From the NCBI GenBank assembly GCA_048571215.1, contig CP182352.1, positions 1,184,001 to 1,248,000 of the forward strand: a DNA stretch of 64,000 bases, given 5' to 3'. The stretch is from Halarcobacter sp. GTDB lineage: Bacteria; Campylobacterota; Campylobacteria; Campylobacterales; Arcobacteraceae. Below, piece after piece: positions 19,335 to 30,698 of the stretch. A model generated the notes under the pieces. That model saw nothing but the letters and a program-made list of their open reading frames with translations, was not told the DNA's origin and ran no database searches. Position numbers and translations under genes: made by a program. How positions within the stretch are numbered: the stretch's first letter is position 1; the number at the start of each line of letters is the position of its first letter.

Positions 19335-21515
19335 TTATAATTGACTAGAAGCTAGTTCAATTCTGTCTTTTTTCACTTTTAGTACTTTTATTTCAACTGA
19401 ATCGTCTACATTAAGTACATCTTCAACTTTATTAACTCTTTGTTTTGATATTTTAGAGATATGTAATAAACCTTCTCCACCTTTTGGTAGCTCAACAAAA
19501 GCACCAAAATCTGCAACTCTAACAACTTTTCCTGTTAGAACTTCATCAACTTGATATAGTTTTTCAAAATCTATATTTTTTTTAGAGTCTCTTCTTGCTG
19601 GTGCATTATTTGAAATAGTTTTAATATGTTCACAAGCATCTAAAACATTTTGTTTATTTTCACCACTAACTTTTACATTTCCACTATCTCTATCTAAATC
19701 GATTGATACTGAGAATTTTTCAATTATCTCTTTAATAGTAGAACCTGCTTTTCCAATAACAACCATTATTTTACCTGGATCAATTGCAAATTGTTCAACT
19801 AATGGTAAAGCTTCACTTGGAACTATTTCAGCAGCTGCTTCTTCCATAATACCTAAGATGTGTTCCCTACCCTCTTTTGCTTGAAGTAAGGCTTCTTTTA
19901 AAACTGAAAGCTCAATTCCACCAAGTTTTATATCCATTTGAAGTGCAGTAATACCATCTTTTGTTCCTGCAACTTTAAAGTCCATATCTCCATCATGGTC
20001 TTCTAATCCCATAATATCTGTAAGTACTGAGTAATTGTCACCTTCAACCACCATTCCCATAGCAACACCTGCAACAAGATTTGAAATAGGAATTCCTGCA
20101 GCTTTTAATGCTAAAGAACCACCACAAACAGTAGCCATTGATGAAGAACCATTAGATTCTAAAATTTCAGAAACAAGTCTTACTGTTTCATCATAATCTT
20201 TATCAATAGTTGCTTCTAGAGCTTTTTTAGCCAAGTTACCATGACCCAATTCTCTTCTTCCTACACCAAACATAGGTTTAGCTTCCCCTACAGAAAATCC
20301 AGGAAAATTATAATGAACCATAAATCTCTCAACTGAAGTTGATTTTTCAGTTAAAGTTTCAAACATTTGTCCATCTTTTGAACCTGCAATAGTTCCTACA
20401 ACTAAAGCTTGAGTTTCACCCCTTGTAAATAAACAAGAAGAGTGTGCTGATGGTAAAATATTTGTATCAATAGATATTGGTCTTACCTCTTTTAATCCTC
20501 TACCATCTGCTCTTACTTTGTCTGTCACAATCATATTTCTAACAACTTCTCTTTTTACAATTGAAACAGCTTCATATACAACTTTTAGTTCTAATTCTTT
20601 TTCAACACAATATTCATCTGTTAAAACAAGTTTTGCTACATCTTTTAATTCTGTAGCTCTTTCACTTTTTGCAAGTTTTTGTAAAGCTTCTTTGATATTT
20701 GGTAAATAGTTATCTCTTACATGTTTGATTATTGCTTCATCTATTTTAAACTCAACAAGTTCAACATTACAAACCCCTTTACCAATCCCTTCAAATCCAC
20801 TTTCATAGGTTTCATTTGATTCTTTTATAGCTTTTTGTGCAATACCAATTGCTTCAACTAAATCATCTTCACTCATCTCATTAGTTTTATGTAGTTTACT
20901 AAAAGCTTCAATATCTACTTCAACCATCTCTTCGCTACTAATAGATTTCATCTCTATCATAAGTAATTCTTCTTTTGAACCTGCTACATATAAATCAAGA
21001 GTAGAGTTTATCATTTGTTCAACATTAGGATTAATTACATATTCACCCTCTATTTTACCAACTCTTACACCACAAACCGATTTTTTGATTGGCAGGTTTG
21101 AAGTATATAAAGCTGCACTTGCTGCATTTAGAGCTAGTGCTTGTAAATCCACATCTTTATCTGCACTTAATACAAGTACAGTGATAGTTGTTGGATACAC
21201 ATAACCCTTTGGGAATAATGGTCTTAAACTTCTATCAATAACTCTTGATGTTAAAGTTTCAAATTCACTTGGTTTTGCTTCCCTTTTAATAAATCCACCA
21301 GGAAGTTTTGCTGCTGCATATGTTTTTTCAACATATTGTACAGTTAAGGGTGTAAAATCCTCTTCAACGGGATTATCAAACTCACTAACAACTGTAGCTA
21401 ATACAACTGCATTTCCTATTTGTGCTAAAACTGAGCCATTAGCTTGTTTTGCCACCTTTTCAAATTCAAAAACCTCTTGTTTTCCATTTAATTCAAATTC
21501 ACATACAGTTGACAT
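19335..21515 (-). CDS. pnp: Polyribonucleotide nucleotidyltransferase
   Basis: Two RNase PH domains, RRELGHG, ESNGSSSMA, GDMDFKVAG, KH and S1. Confidence 0.97.
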   Translation of the reverse strand: MSTVCEFELNGKQEVFEFEKVAKQANGSVLAQIGNAVVLATVVSEFDNPVEEDFTPLTVQYVEKTYAAAKLPGGFIKREAKPSEFETLTSRVIDRSLRPLFPKGYVYPTTITVLVLSADKDVDLQALALNAASAALYTSNLPIKKSVCGVRVGKIEGEYVINPNVEQMINSTLDLYVAGSKEELLMIEMKSISSEEMVEVDIEAFSKLHKTNEMSEDDLVEAIGIAQKAIKESNETYESGFEGIGKGVCNVELVEFKIDEAIIKHVRDNYLPNIKEALQKLAKSERATELKDVAKLVLTDEYCVEKELELKVVYEAVSIVKREVVRNMIVTDKVRADGRGLKEVRPISIDTNILPSAHSSCLFTRGETQALVVGTIAGSKDGQMFETLTEKSTSVERFMVHYNFPGFSVGEAKPMFGVGRRELGHGNLAKKALEATIDKDYDETVRLVSEILESNGSSSMATVCGGSLALKAAGIPISNLVAGVAMGMVVEGDNYSVLTDIMGLEDHDGDMDFKVAGTKDGITALQMDIKLGGIELSVLKEALLQAKEGREHILGIMEEAAAEIVPSEALPLVEQFAIDPGKIMVVIGKAGSTIKEIIEKFSVSIDLDRDSGNVKVSGENKQNVLDACEHIKTISNNAPARRDSKKNIDFEKLYQVDEVLTGKVVRVADFGAFVELPKGGEGLLHISKISKQRVNKVEDVLNVDDSVEIKVLKVKKDRIELASSQL

Positions 21516-21520
21516 ATAAT

Positions 21521-22168
21521 TTATCCTTTTTCTTTTCTAATTTCTTCATACGTTATATCTTCTAATTCATCATAATAAAATTCAATATCTATAAAATGAT
21601 CTAAACTTTTAACAAAATACAGGTCATCTGCAATTGACTCAATAGTACTTATACTTGCCGTAGGAAGTATAGGAACTGCAACTGATACTGATTTTGCACC
21701 TAAATTAATTGCAGTTTTTATACAAGCCATCATAGTAAGACTTGTATTTAAACCCTCATCAATCAATAATACATTTTTATTCTCTAAATTATTTAATCTT
21801 TTTCCTCTTCTAAATTTGTTTACACAGTTTGATAAATCATTTTCAAAAATATATCTTGATCTTGAAAATATAAAATCTAAACTAATATCAAAAGCTTTAA
21901 CAAGCTCTTCATGGATAACAACCTCTTCTGTTTCAGTTACAATTGCAACTTCACACTCTTCATTGAGTGGAGCATATATTTTTCTTGAGAACATTACATC
22001 AAATTTTGCATTTAATTCATTAGCAATTATTTTTGCTACAGCATAACCTCCATATGAAGTAGATAAAACAGTCCATTCTTCTAATTTCATTTTATTTATC
22101 GGTAATATATCTATAAGTCTATAAGCTGCAACTTCTCTGTTTTTAAAATATATTTTATCAGGAGTCAT
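21521..22168 (-). CDS. Phosphoribosyltransferase-family protein
   Basis: FKNR..AA N-terminus; LLIDEGLNTSLT variant of the PRPP-binding loop. Confidence 0.75.
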   Translation of the reverse strand: MTPDKIYFKNREVAAYRLIDILPINKMKLEEWTVLSTSYGGYAVAKIIANELNAKFDVMFSRKIYAPLNEECEVAIVTETEEVVIHEELVKAFDISLDFIFSRSRYIFENDLSNCVNKFRRGKRLNNLENKNVLLIDEGLNTSLTMMACIKTAINLGAKSVSVAVPILPTASISTIESIADDLYFVKSLDHFIDIEFYYDELEDITYEEIRKEKG

Positions 22169-22169
22169 T

Positions 22170-24257
22170 TTAGTCTCTTTTTAATTCATATTCTTGTTTT
22201 ATACCACCAATTGGTATTAACATTAGCTCTAAATATACAATATCTTGCTTAATGGGAGTTTGATTTGTTGTTGATGCAGCAGTAATCTCTTTTTCAAATC
22301 TTAAATCTAAACTCCAGCAACTATCATCTATGCCCAAAATAAAGGCTTGTTTATTTCTTATACCATCTTCTAGATTATAGTTTGTATAATAACCAAGAGA
22401 ATACTTTTTATCAATATTATATCTAGCATCTATACTATATGAGTGTAAATCTTCCCTATTTGAATTAGGAGTTTTTTGAGAAATATAATGATTTAATTTT
22501 ATATTATAGTTTTTGTATTTAAATGTAAAATCAGAAGAACTCTCAGTAAACTTTTTATCTTGATGATTATATGTTGTTCTATTTTGCATAGTTCCCCAAA
22601 TATAATTATAAATAATTAAGTTAGTTAAGTTTTCTAATTGAGTATTGTCATTTGCATCAAATAAAATTGATTGGGTAAGTTTATGTTTAATAACCCTTTT
22701 TAAAGTTTTTCTATCAAAAAAAGATTGATTTAAAACCAGTTCAATGTTATCTTCATTTTTAGTAGTATTAAATGGACTTAATTGAGAGTTATTGTTTGTA
22801 AGAAGATATAAATCCCCCTCTTTTTTCATCTCATCATAATGGTTATAATTAAAACCTAAATTCATTGCATGAATATAATTTCTATAAGGTTTTATTAAAT
22901 CACTATTAAGTCCTATTGTTGTTCTATTCTCTATATATCTACCATTTTGGAAATTGATATTGCTATTTGAATAATCATAACTATCAACAGTAGTTTCATT
23001 TTCTAATACTAAATTTAAATAATTATCAAACAAAGAATAAGAATAAGAGATTGGAATACTAAATTCATATTGATTTGCTTTTATACCCTTATCTCTAAAA
23101 TGATTGGTATATTTTATATCAGCAGAGTATAAAAGTTTTTCAAAAAACAATGGATTTGTATATTTATGGATTTGAAATTTGGGTAACTCTTGAAGAGTAT
23201 TAGAGTTTGAGTTACTTTGAGTGTCTATATAGTATCTAAAGTAACTACCTATATAAAAACTTGGCTCATTATAAAAGTAGTTTATTTTAGATTCTATATA
23301 TCTTTCATTAGAGGTGCTATAATTTTTGTCTTCAAGTGTTTTAAATTCAATATCATTTAAATAATTTAATGATACATATAATCCATCATCTACATTTTCA
23401 TTAAGTTTTGTAAATAGATTTGTTTTTTCATAATCTAATGTTACCCCATAGTGTTCTTGGTTTCTTAGATTATTATCAGTTTGGAATTTTTTCTTTTCTT
23501 TAAAGTAACCTGTACTTATATTTAACATAGAATCAATTGAATCAGCATATCTATAATAAGCATACATACCAGAACCTCTTGAGGTTCTAATTTGAGGAAT
23601 TAATTCTACATCATAATTTGGTGCAGGGGCTATGAAAATTGGTTGAGAAAAAGACACCCCTTCAGTATTTGAGTATCCAAAGGTAGGGATTAAAAGACCT
23701 GTTTTTCTTTTGTTGTCTGTAGAAAAACCTAAATATGGTGTATATAAAACTGGTACATCTTTTACATATATTCTAGTATTATAAGCATTTAGCCATTTTT
23801 CTTTTGTATCATAATCTATATTGGAAGATCTAATACTCCAATCTGGGTCAATACAATCACAAGTTGATAAAATAGTATTATCTAAATTGATTATATCATC
23901 TGTTTTTTTAGACTCTTTAGAGTTAATCCAAATTGAGCTAGTATGATCATAAAATAAGTTGGGTTTTTGATATGAATTATTGTTTGTAACATCTAAAAAA
24001 GCATATTCACTGTTTACTTGAACTGTATTGTCTTTCAATATTATAACATCATCGAATAGTTCAAAGGTACCATTGTTTTTATCATAAATTGCCTTTTGTG
24101 CAGAAATATAATATGTTGGTGAAACAATTATTACATTTCCATTTGCAATTAAAATCCCTTTTTTTGTATCAACATTGTTTGCAAATACTTGAAACTTTTC
24201 TATTTTGGCATTTAGTGCAAGAGTTAATAATATGAGTGTAAAAATAATTCTAAGCAT
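22170..24257 (-). CDS. lptD: LPS-assembly protein LptD
   Basis: Signal peptide, STCD..DPDW, VPVLYTPY, RKTGLLIP; purD-RDD-lptD-pnp order. Confidence 0.88.
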   Translation of the reverse strand: MLRIIFTLILLTLALNAKIEKFQVFANNVDTKKGILIANGNVIIVSPTYYISAQKAIYDKNNGTFELFDDVIILKDNTVQVNSEYAFLDVTNNNSYQKPNLFYDHTSSIWINSKESKKTDDIINLDNTILSTCDCIDPDWSIRSSNIDYDTKEKWLNAYNTRIYVKDVPVLYTPYLGFSTDNKRKTGLLIPTFGYSNTEGVSFSQPIFIAPAPNYDVELIPQIRTSRGSGMYAYYRYADSIDSMLNISTGYFKEKKKFQTDNNLRNQEHYGVTLDYEKTNLFTKLNENVDDGLYVSLNYLNDIEFKTLEDKNYSTSNERYIESKINYFYNEPSFYIGSYFRYYIDTQSNSNSNTLQELPKFQIHKYTNPLFFEKLLYSADIKYTNHFRDKGIKANQYEFSIPISYSYSLFDNYLNLVLENETTVDSYDYSNSNINFQNGRYIENRTTIGLNSDLIKPYRNYIHAMNLGFNYNHYDEMKKEGDLYLLTNNNSQLSPFNTTKNEDNIELVLNQSFFDRKTLKRVIKHKLTQSILFDANDNTQLENLTNLIIYNYIWGTMQNRTTYNHQDKKFTESSSDFTFKYKNYNIKLNHYISQKTPNSNREDLHSYSIDARYNIDKKYSLGYYTNYNLEDGIRNKQAFILGIDDSCWSLDLRFEKEITAASTTNQTPIKQDIVYLELMLIPIGGIKQEYELKRD

Positions 24258-24681
24258 TTACTACTAATGTCCTAGCTAATTTATCATGAAATGTTTGTCT
24301 AGATTCACCTAAAAAGGCAAATATAAACCCTATATAAAAAAACATTTCACTTACTAATCTAAGAATCGACCTTGTCATAGCTGTGAATATATTAACTCTT
24401 CCCAAGCTATTAAAGTCAACAACTTTTATTTTTGTAATGATTTTACCAATAGTTGCCCCATAATACCAAACAAAAAGTGTTTGATAAATAAATTTAAGTA
24501 ATAGAATTTGATAAACAAAAGCATTCATTACAGTTAAAATTGAAATTAGGTCATCCCCACTTTGTGATATATTATCCCAATACATTGCTATTATAATAAA
24601 AGTAACTAAAAAATCATCTATAATAAAAGCAAAAATTCTAGAGCGAAATGGGGCAAGTTCTAAATTTTCATTGTTATTCAT
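24250..24681 (-). CDS. RDD family membrane protein
   Basis: RIFAFIIDD, ATIGK, RQTFHDKLA. Confidence 0.88.
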   Translation of the reverse strand: MNNNENLELAPFRSRIFAFIIDDFLVTFIIIAMYWDNISQSGDDLISILTVMNAFVYQILLLKFIYQTLFVWYYGATIGKIITKIKVVDFNSLGRVNIFTAMTRSILRLVSEMFFYIGFIFAFLGESRQTFHDKLARTLVVNA

Positions 24682-24695
24682 ATTTTATCTAGTAC

Positions 24696-25964
24696 TTATT
24701 TTAAAGCTTGATAAGCTATATCAGTTCTGATTTTTTTACCAGCAAAATGAACTTGACCACAAAGAGCATAAGCTCTATCCCTAGCTTGTTTAATTGAAGA
24801 ACCAAATCCCACACAAACTAAAACTCTTCCCCCTGTTGCAAAAAGTTTATCATCTTCATTTGAAACACCTGCATATGAAATATGTGTATGATTTAAAATA
24901 TCTTCATCAACTATTTCATCAACAATAATCTCTGCTGGTTCAGATGAAGCATAAGGATAGTTTGCACTAGCCATTACAACACCTACTCCAAACTCTTTTT
25001 TGATTTTAATATCTAGTTTGTCAAGTTGTTTAGTAGCACCTTTATAAAAAAGTTCTGAAACAGGAGTTTCAAGAAGGGGCATTATAATTTCACATTCGGG
25101 ATCACCAAATCTAACATTATATTCTAAAATAATTGGTTCACCTTTTACAACCATAACACCTATAAATAAAACCCCTTCAAAAGGTGCTCCCTCTTGTTGC
25201 ATCCCCTTAAGAGTTGGTTTAATAACTCTTTCTTCTACTTTTTTATAGATATCTTCATTTACTAATGGAGTTGGAGCATATGCACCCATACCACCTGTAT
25301 TTGGACCTGTATCTCCATCTCCTACTCTTTTATGGTCTTGAGCAGCTGGTAATACTTTGTAGTTTTCTCCATCACAAATTGCAAAAATAGATAATTCATA
25401 ACCATCTAAATACTCTTCTACAACTATTGAAGTTCCAGCATCACCAAATGAAGAACCCGATAGCATATCAGATGCCGCTTGTTTAGCCTCATCTTTACTT
25501 TGCGCTATTATTACACCTTTTCCTGCACATAAACCATCTGCTTTTACAACTATTGGTTCACTCATTGTATCAATAAAATCATGTGCTTCTTTTTCATCTG
25601 TAGTTTCTATAAATGCTGCTGTTGGTATATTGTATTTTTTTAAGATATTTTTCATATAAACTTTTGAACCTTCAAGTTGCGCAGCAGCTTGACTTGGACC
25701 AAAAATTGTTAAATCATTCTTTTTGAAAATATCAACAACACCATCTACTAATGGAGCTTCAGGACCAACAATTGTTAAATCTATTTTATTTTCTTTTGCC
25801 CATAAAGCTAACTTGTCATAATCTTTTATATTAATATTAGTACCTAAGTTTGAAGTTGCGCCGTTTCCTGGCATAAAATATAAGTTATGTTTCTCTTGCT
25901 CTTTAGATATAGCTAATCCTATAGAGTACTCTCTACCACCACTACCAAGTATTAAAATATCCAC
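24696..25964 (-). CDS. purD: Phosphoribosylamine-glycine ligase
   Basis: [40 protein letters not shown]. Confidence 0.97.
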   Translation of the reverse strand: MDILILGSGGREYSIGLAISKEQEKHNLYFMPGNGATSNLGTNINIKDYDKLALWAKENKIDLTIVGPEAPLVDGVVDIFKKNDLTIFGPSQAAAQLEGSKVYMKNILKKYNIPTAAFIETTDEKEAHDFIDTMSEPIVVKADGLCAGKGVIIAQSKDEAKQAASDMLSGSSFGDAGTSIVVEEYLDGYELSIFAICDGENYKVLPAAQDHKRVGDGDTGPNTGGMGAYAPTPLVNEDIYKKVEERVIKPTLKGMQQEGAPFEGVLFIGVMVVKGEPIILEYNVRFGDPECEIIMPLLETPVSELFYKGATKQLDKLDIKIKKEFGVGVVMASANYPYASSEPAEIIVDEIVDEDILNHTHISYAGVSNEDDKLFATGGRVLVCVGFGSSIKQARDRAYALCGQVHFAGKKIRTDIAYQALK

Positions 25965-25996
25965 TAAATTTCCTTAAAATGTGTAATTAAATAAAA

Positions 25997-26164
25997 CCCA
26001 AGTAGACGTTAACCATCAATATGGCCCTAAAAAGCCAACGATAGCACGTAAGAATTAAACTTTAGGAGCTCAAACATAATGAAAAGCTGCACACCATTTA
26101 AATACAATTACATGCAAAAATATAGTATCGGACCCTCAACAATGGAAATCCCGTACTACTTAGA
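25997..26164 (-). ncRNA. ssrS: 6S RNA (the purD RNA motif of Campylobacterota)
   Basis: Position just upstream of purD; closing stem UCUAAGUAGUACG/CGUCUACUUGGG and inner stem CCAUUGUUGAGGGUCC/GGGCCAUAUUGAUGG; TAAAAT -10 at 26172-26177 (minus). Confidence 0.82.
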
Positions 26165-26200
26165 TATAATAATTTTATCCAATATAGATTAAATAATACA

Positions 26201-26836
26201 TTAAATATACAACTGTTTAGCTAGATTTATACACTCTTGGATATTTACATCAGGGGAGATTTTGTAGTCTATATTCTTTGGAAGATATTTTGCAGTTGTT
26301 TTACCAATAACAATTGCATTAAAACTCTTATCCCATTGATAGTTTTTAAAAAAACACTCAATAGATGATGGAGATGTAAATATTATTGTGGAGTTGGATT
26401 CTATAGTTTTATTTAATTGTTTTTTACAAACTGTTTTATAGGCTATTAGTTCATCTATATCAATTTTTGCTTCTTTTAAAATTGTTGTTAAATTTGAAAC
26501 AACTTTCAAAGCTTTGATATATAAAACTTTTTTATTTTTTAGTTTATTAATAAGCTTCTTTGCAAATTCATCTCCATTTGTTGCTTTTGCATCAAAAATA
26601 TTGTTCCCTTTTAATTTTTCTACTATATTTGCTGTTTTTGTTGATATAGAGTATGAAGGGATATCTTTCCATTGGTTATTAAAACTGTTTATTGAATATA
26701 TACCATTTTTTGAAGTAAAAATAAGAGCATCATATTTTGATAAATCAATCTCACTTGAGATATATTCTATTTGAAAAACCTCTAAATTTTCAACTCCCTC
26801 ATATTTTTGACTTCCAAGTAAATATATTTTTGCCAT
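26201..26836 (-). CDS. hemD: Uroporphyrinogen-III synthase
   Basis: LIFTSKNG, IFTSPSS, IGKTTA. Confidence 0.88.
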   Translation of the reverse strand: MAKIYLLGSQKYEGVENLEVFQIEYISSEIDLSKYDALIFTSKNGIYSINSFNNQWKDIPSYSISTKTANIVEKLKGNNIFDAKATNGDEFAKKLINKLKNKKVLYIKALKVVSNLTTILKEAKIDIDELIAYKTVCKKQLNKTIESNSTIIFTSPSSIECFFKNYQWDKSFNAIVIGKTTAKYLPKNIDYKISPDVNIQECINLAKQLYI

Positions 26837-26838
26837 TT

Positions 26839-28437
26839 TTATTTTTTGCTAAACTTTTTATATTCATTTTTTTGTATGGCATTTACCGCTGCATCTATAT
26901 TATTAAAAATAAGAGTATTGCTAAATATTTCATTTGTATCAATTTTTAATACTTTTCTTCTATGGGTATGATTTAATAAAAGAATAACTTTTATATTTTT
27001 TTCTTCAAGTTTAACAATTATCTCTTCTAAAATAAAAATAGCAGATAGATCCATCATAGATACATGTAAACAATCTAAGATAACAAATTTTGTATTTGGA
27101 TTTATTTTATCGATTTTTCTATCTAAAATAGAAGCAGTACCAAAAAATAGTGAACCATCTATTTTAAGGATTTTAATATCTTTATTTTCAACATCGATAT
27201 CAAAACTTACTCCTTTTTTAGCATTGGATGTACTCATTTTAGTTTTTTTAGAGATTTTATAGATTGCTAAAATAGAAGCAAAAGTTATTCCAGCACCAAC
27301 AGCCATAATTAAATCTACAAATATAGTTAGTAAAAATACTGTTATCATTATAAGTAAATCTTGTCTTGGTATCTTATTTATAATTCTTAAAAGTTTATAA
27401 TCTAATATATCAAAACCAACTTTTATTAGTATCCCTGAAAGAACTGCTAAAGGTATTTTTGAGGCAAGTGGAGCTAAAAACAGTACAATAATCAAAAGTG
27501 AAAGAGCATGTATCATCCCCGATAGTCTTGTTGTTCCACCACTTTTTATATTTATCACAGTTCTCATAGTAGCACCTGCACCTGGGATTGCCCCAACTAG
27601 TGAACATAAAGAGTTACCAATACCTTGAGCTATTAACTCTTTATTTGGGTTGTGTTTAGTTTTTGTCATAGAATCAGCTACTAATGAGGTTAGAAGTGTA
27701 TCTATTGTCCCTAATAGAGCTAAAGTGATAGCAAGGGTTATAATAGTATCAAGTTTCAATAAGTCAAATTTTGTAGGAATAGTAATATCAGGTAAACCCA
27801 TTGGTATTTCACCTATTGTTTGAATAGAGTATCCCATAAAAATAGTTAAATATGTGATTGAGACTAAGGCTATAAGTGCAGCTGGTACAAATCTTGTGAT
27901 TTTTTTAGGTGTTAAGAACATTATTGCTAAGGTGATTGAAGCGATTATCAAAGACTCAAAATTTGCTTGTTTTATACTTTGTGGTAACTCAACAATGGTT
28001 TGAATAACTGAACCATAAGATTCCACACCAATAAAAGGGTTTATCTGTAAGATTATAATAATAAGCCCTATTCCACTCATAAAACCTGAAATTACAGGAT
28101 AAGGGATATATTTAACCCATTTACCAACTTTTACAATACCTAAAGAGATTTGTATTATTCCAGAGAGAAATATAACAGTAATTACAGATTCAAAATCATT
28201 AGGGAAAGTTGCAATGGCAGTTGCTGTAATAACTGTCATTGGTCCCGTTGGACCAGAGATTTGTGTTTGTGTACCACCAAATAGTGAGGCAAAGAAGCCT
28301 AAAATTATTGCACCATAGAGTCCAGCCATTGCTCCAGCACCACTTGCAACCCCAAAGGCTAAAGCTAGTGGCAAGGCAACGACAGCAGCTGTTATCCCAC
28401 CAAACACATCATTCTTGATACTGTTTAAATTAAACAA
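26839..28437 (-). CDS. SulP/SLC26 anion transporter with STAS domain
   Basis: VALPLALAFG, ISGPTGP, NKELIAQG, GATMRT, LFFG. Confidence 0.92.
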   Translation of the reverse strand: MFNLNSIKNDVFGGITAAVVALPLALAFGVASGAGAMAGLYGAIILGFFASLFGGTQTQISGPTGPMTVITATAIATFPNDFESVITVIFLSGIIQISLGIVKVGKWVKYIPYPVISGFMSGIGLIIIILQINPFIGVESYGSVIQTIVELPQSIKQANFESLIIASITLAIMFLTPKKITRFVPAALIALVSITYLTIFMGYSIQTIGEIPMGLPDITIPTKFDLLKLDTIITLAITLALLGTIDTLLTSLVADSMTKTKHNPNKELIAQGIGNSLCSLVGAIPGAGATMRTVINIKSGGTTRLSGMIHALSLLIIVLFLAPLASKIPLAVLSGILIKVGFDILDYKLLRIINKIPRQDLLIMITVFLLTIFVDLIMAVGAGITFASILAIYKISKKTKMSTSNAKKGVSFDIDVENKDIKILKIDGSLFFGTASILDRKIDKINPNTKFVILDCLHVSMMDLSAIFILEEIIVKLEEKNIKVILLLNHTHRRKVLKIDTNEIFSNTLIFNNIDAAVNAIQKNEYKKFSKK

Positions 28438-28456
28438 AAAGACTCCTTTTTAAGGT

Positions 28457-29890
28457 TTAAAAATCTTCTAAATCCTCATCATGCTCATCTGATCTTTCAT
28501 TTTTAGCTCTAGCTAGAATATGAATAGGTGTTCCTTCAAAATTTATATTATCTCTTAAATAGTTTATTAAATATCTTTTATATGAAAAGTGAAGTAGTTT
28601 TGGCTTATTCATTATTAAAGCTATTCTTGGAGGTTTAGTTTCAAATTGTGTTGTATAGTATATTCTTAAATAAGCACCATTTGGACTTGGAAGTGCATGT
28701 CTAATTGTTGCTTCTTCTACGATTTTATTTAATACTGAAGTTGATATTCTTTGAGCATAGTTTTCGTATATCTCTATGATTTTATCTTTCAATCTATCAA
28801 TACTTCTCCCTGTTTTTGCAGAAACAGCAATAACTGGAGCATGATATAAGAATTTAAATTTTCTTCTAACCTTTTTCTCTACATCTTTAAAGGTTTCCAT
28901 ATTTTCATCCCATTTGTTTAAGACAATAATAGTACCTAAAGCGTATTCATCTACTAAACCCGCAATTTTTTCATCTAAATCTACAAGTTCTGATGAAGCA
29001 TCTAAAACAACTAAGGCTAAGTTTGCTTTTTCTAACATTTGTTTTGTTCTATTTAATGCAAATTTTTCAATTCCTTCAATTTTACCTCTTCTTCTTAAAC
29101 CTGCTGTATCAACAAAAGTGATATTCTTATCTTTGTATTCAAAAGATTCATCAACTGGGTCTATTGTTGTTCCTGCAATCTCTGATACAACTGATCTTTC
29201 TTCTCCAACCAAGGCATTTAAAATTGAAGATTTACCTACATTTACCCTTCCTATGATAGCAACTTTTATTTGTCCATCATCCTCAGGAATTTGTTTATTT
29301 ATATCTTCAATTGGTGATAAAAAATCCTCAAGGAAGTCATCGTCATCCTCTTTTAAAATTAGTTCTTCTTCAACTTCTTTTGCAGGAAGATATTGTGCTA
29401 TTGCTTCAAAGAGTGGTTTTGTACCTCTATTATGAGATACTGAGATACCAAATAAACTATCTTCATCAATTCCAAACTCATAAAAAGCCCAAAGTCTATC
29501 CTCTTTTTCTTTATCATTATCAATTTTATTTACAACTAGGTATAGTTTTTTCCCTAGTTCTTGAAGCTCATAAAATAGTTCTTTATCTTTTTCATCTGGT
29601 ATTTTTTTACCATCAACCATAAAAAGTATTATATCAGCCTCTTTTGCACACTCGACAGCTTTTCTTTTTACATTTGAAAATATTGCATCATTTGTTTCAT
29701 CTATTCCACCAGTATCTAATATAATAGCATCTCTATCAAGAATCTCAACTTGATGTTTTCTTATATCTCTTGTTGTACCTGATTGTTCTGATACTATAGC
29801 AATTCTTTGTTTTGCAATTCTATTAAATAGTGAAGATTTTCCAACATTAGGTTGTCCAATAAGTGCAATTTTCTTCAGTGTATTATCCAT
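28457..29890 (-). CDS. der: Ribosome biogenesis GTPase Der
   Basis: Two G domains GQPNVGKS and GRVNVGKS, acidic linker, KH-like tail. Confidence 0.97.
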   Translation of the reverse strand: MDNTLKKIALIGQPNVGKSSLFNRIAKQRIAIVSEQSGTTRDIRKHQVEILDRDAIILDTGGIDETNDAIFSNVKRKAVECAKEADIILFMVDGKKIPDEKDKELFYELQELGKKLYLVVNKIDNDKEKEDRLWAFYEFGIDEDSLFGISVSHNRGTKPLFEAIAQYLPAKEVEEELILKEDDDDFLEDFLSPIEDINKQIPEDDGQIKVAIIGRVNVGKSSILNALVGEERSVVSEIAGTTIDPVDESFEYKDKNITFVDTAGLRRRGKIEGIEKFALNRTKQMLEKANLALVVLDASSELVDLDEKIAGLVDEYALGTIIVLNKWDENMETFKDVEKKVRRKFKFLYHAPVIAVSAKTGRSIDRLKDKIIEIYENYAQRISTSVLNKIVEEATIRHALPSPNGAYLRIYYTTQFETKPPRIALIMNKPKLLHFSYKRYLINYLRDNINFEGTPIHILARAKNERSDEHDEDLEDF

Positions 29891-29913
29891 TAAGTTTTCA
29901 ATCCTTTTAAACT

Positions 29914-29947
29914 AAAAAAAGGTATTAGCGTGTTTGCTAATACCTTT
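29914..29947 (-). terminator. Intrinsic terminator of hpf
   Basis: Minus strand AAAGGTATTAGC-AAACAC-GCTAATACCTTTTTTT. Confidence 0.85.
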
Positions 29948-29966
29948 GAAATATATATTTTGTATC

Positions 29967-30509
29967 TTAATAAAGACCAAATTTACCCGCTTGGCTAGAT
30001 TTGTATAATACTCTCATATTATCATCTTTATCATAAAATACTTTGAAAGTTGCATCTGATGCTTTTAAATCATCTAATGCTTCTTCAATATCAATTGGCT
30101 TGTAAGAAGCTAGTTTTACAGGGAAAATTTCAGAATCAAGTTTATCTAACTCATTAGCAATTTTATCTTCAATCTCAGAAGCTTCTACCTCTGTAAGTTT
30201 TGTAGCTTTGTGTCCCGTGATTTTATCATGGTGTCTTCTTAAAACTTTTGAAACTCTATCTACAGCTATATCAATAGCAGCATATAAGTCTTTATCTTTT
30301 TGTTTTACAACAACAGTATCTAGATGTGCAATATTTAAAGTAAACTCAAATGCAAATGCTTTTTTACCATTTTTTTCTTCTTGAGAAATAATCGCGTTAA
30401 CAGATATAATATCTAAATTATATTTTTTAAAAATTTCAATTGAACTATTAACATAATCTTTAATTGGTTCAGTTAATTCTATGTGTCTTCCTACAATACT
30501 TGTATTCAT
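29967..30509 (-). CDS. hpf: Ribosome hibernation factor, long HPF
   Basis: GRHIELTEPIKDY, DLYAAIDIA, C-terminal KPIDIEEAL...FGLY domain. Confidence 0.9.
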   Translation of the reverse strand: MNTSIVGRHIELTEPIKDYVNSSIEIFKKYNLDIISVNAIISQEEKNGKKAFAFEFTLNIAHLDTVVVKQKDKDLYAAIDIAVDRVSKVLRRHHDKITGHKATKLTEVEASEIEDKIANELDKLDSEIFPVKLASYKPIDIEEALDDLKASDATFKVFYDKDDNMRVLYKSSQAGKFGLY

Positions 30510-30620
30510 AACATACTCCTTTGCTTATTTAATAATAATATTCTAACATAAAATATATAAAAGGTTGATTTATATTGTTAATTGTATAAAAAATAATTAG
30601 AAATTCAGAAAAACAAGATT

Positions 30621-30650
30621 GTTACGCTTAAAATATTAAGCGTAAACAAA
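30621..30650. terminator. Hairpin downstream of ftsK, probable terminator
   Basis: TTACGCTTAA-AATA-TTAAGCGTAA inverted repeat; U-tract on the ftsK strand is imperfect. Confidence 0.5.
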
Positions 30651-30698
30651 AAAAGAAACAATAGTATAGTATTTTGATTTAATGCGAGAATCTTGCTA

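Noticed and set aside
25997..26164. Purine-sensing riboswitch upstream of purD
   Set aside because: Single rod-like fold and position fit 6S RNA; no purine, ZTP or PRPP aptamer consensus recognised
28914..29435. 173-aa plus-strand ORF
   Set aside because: Antisense shadow of der; Ser/Phe/Ile-rich composition expected from the reverse strand
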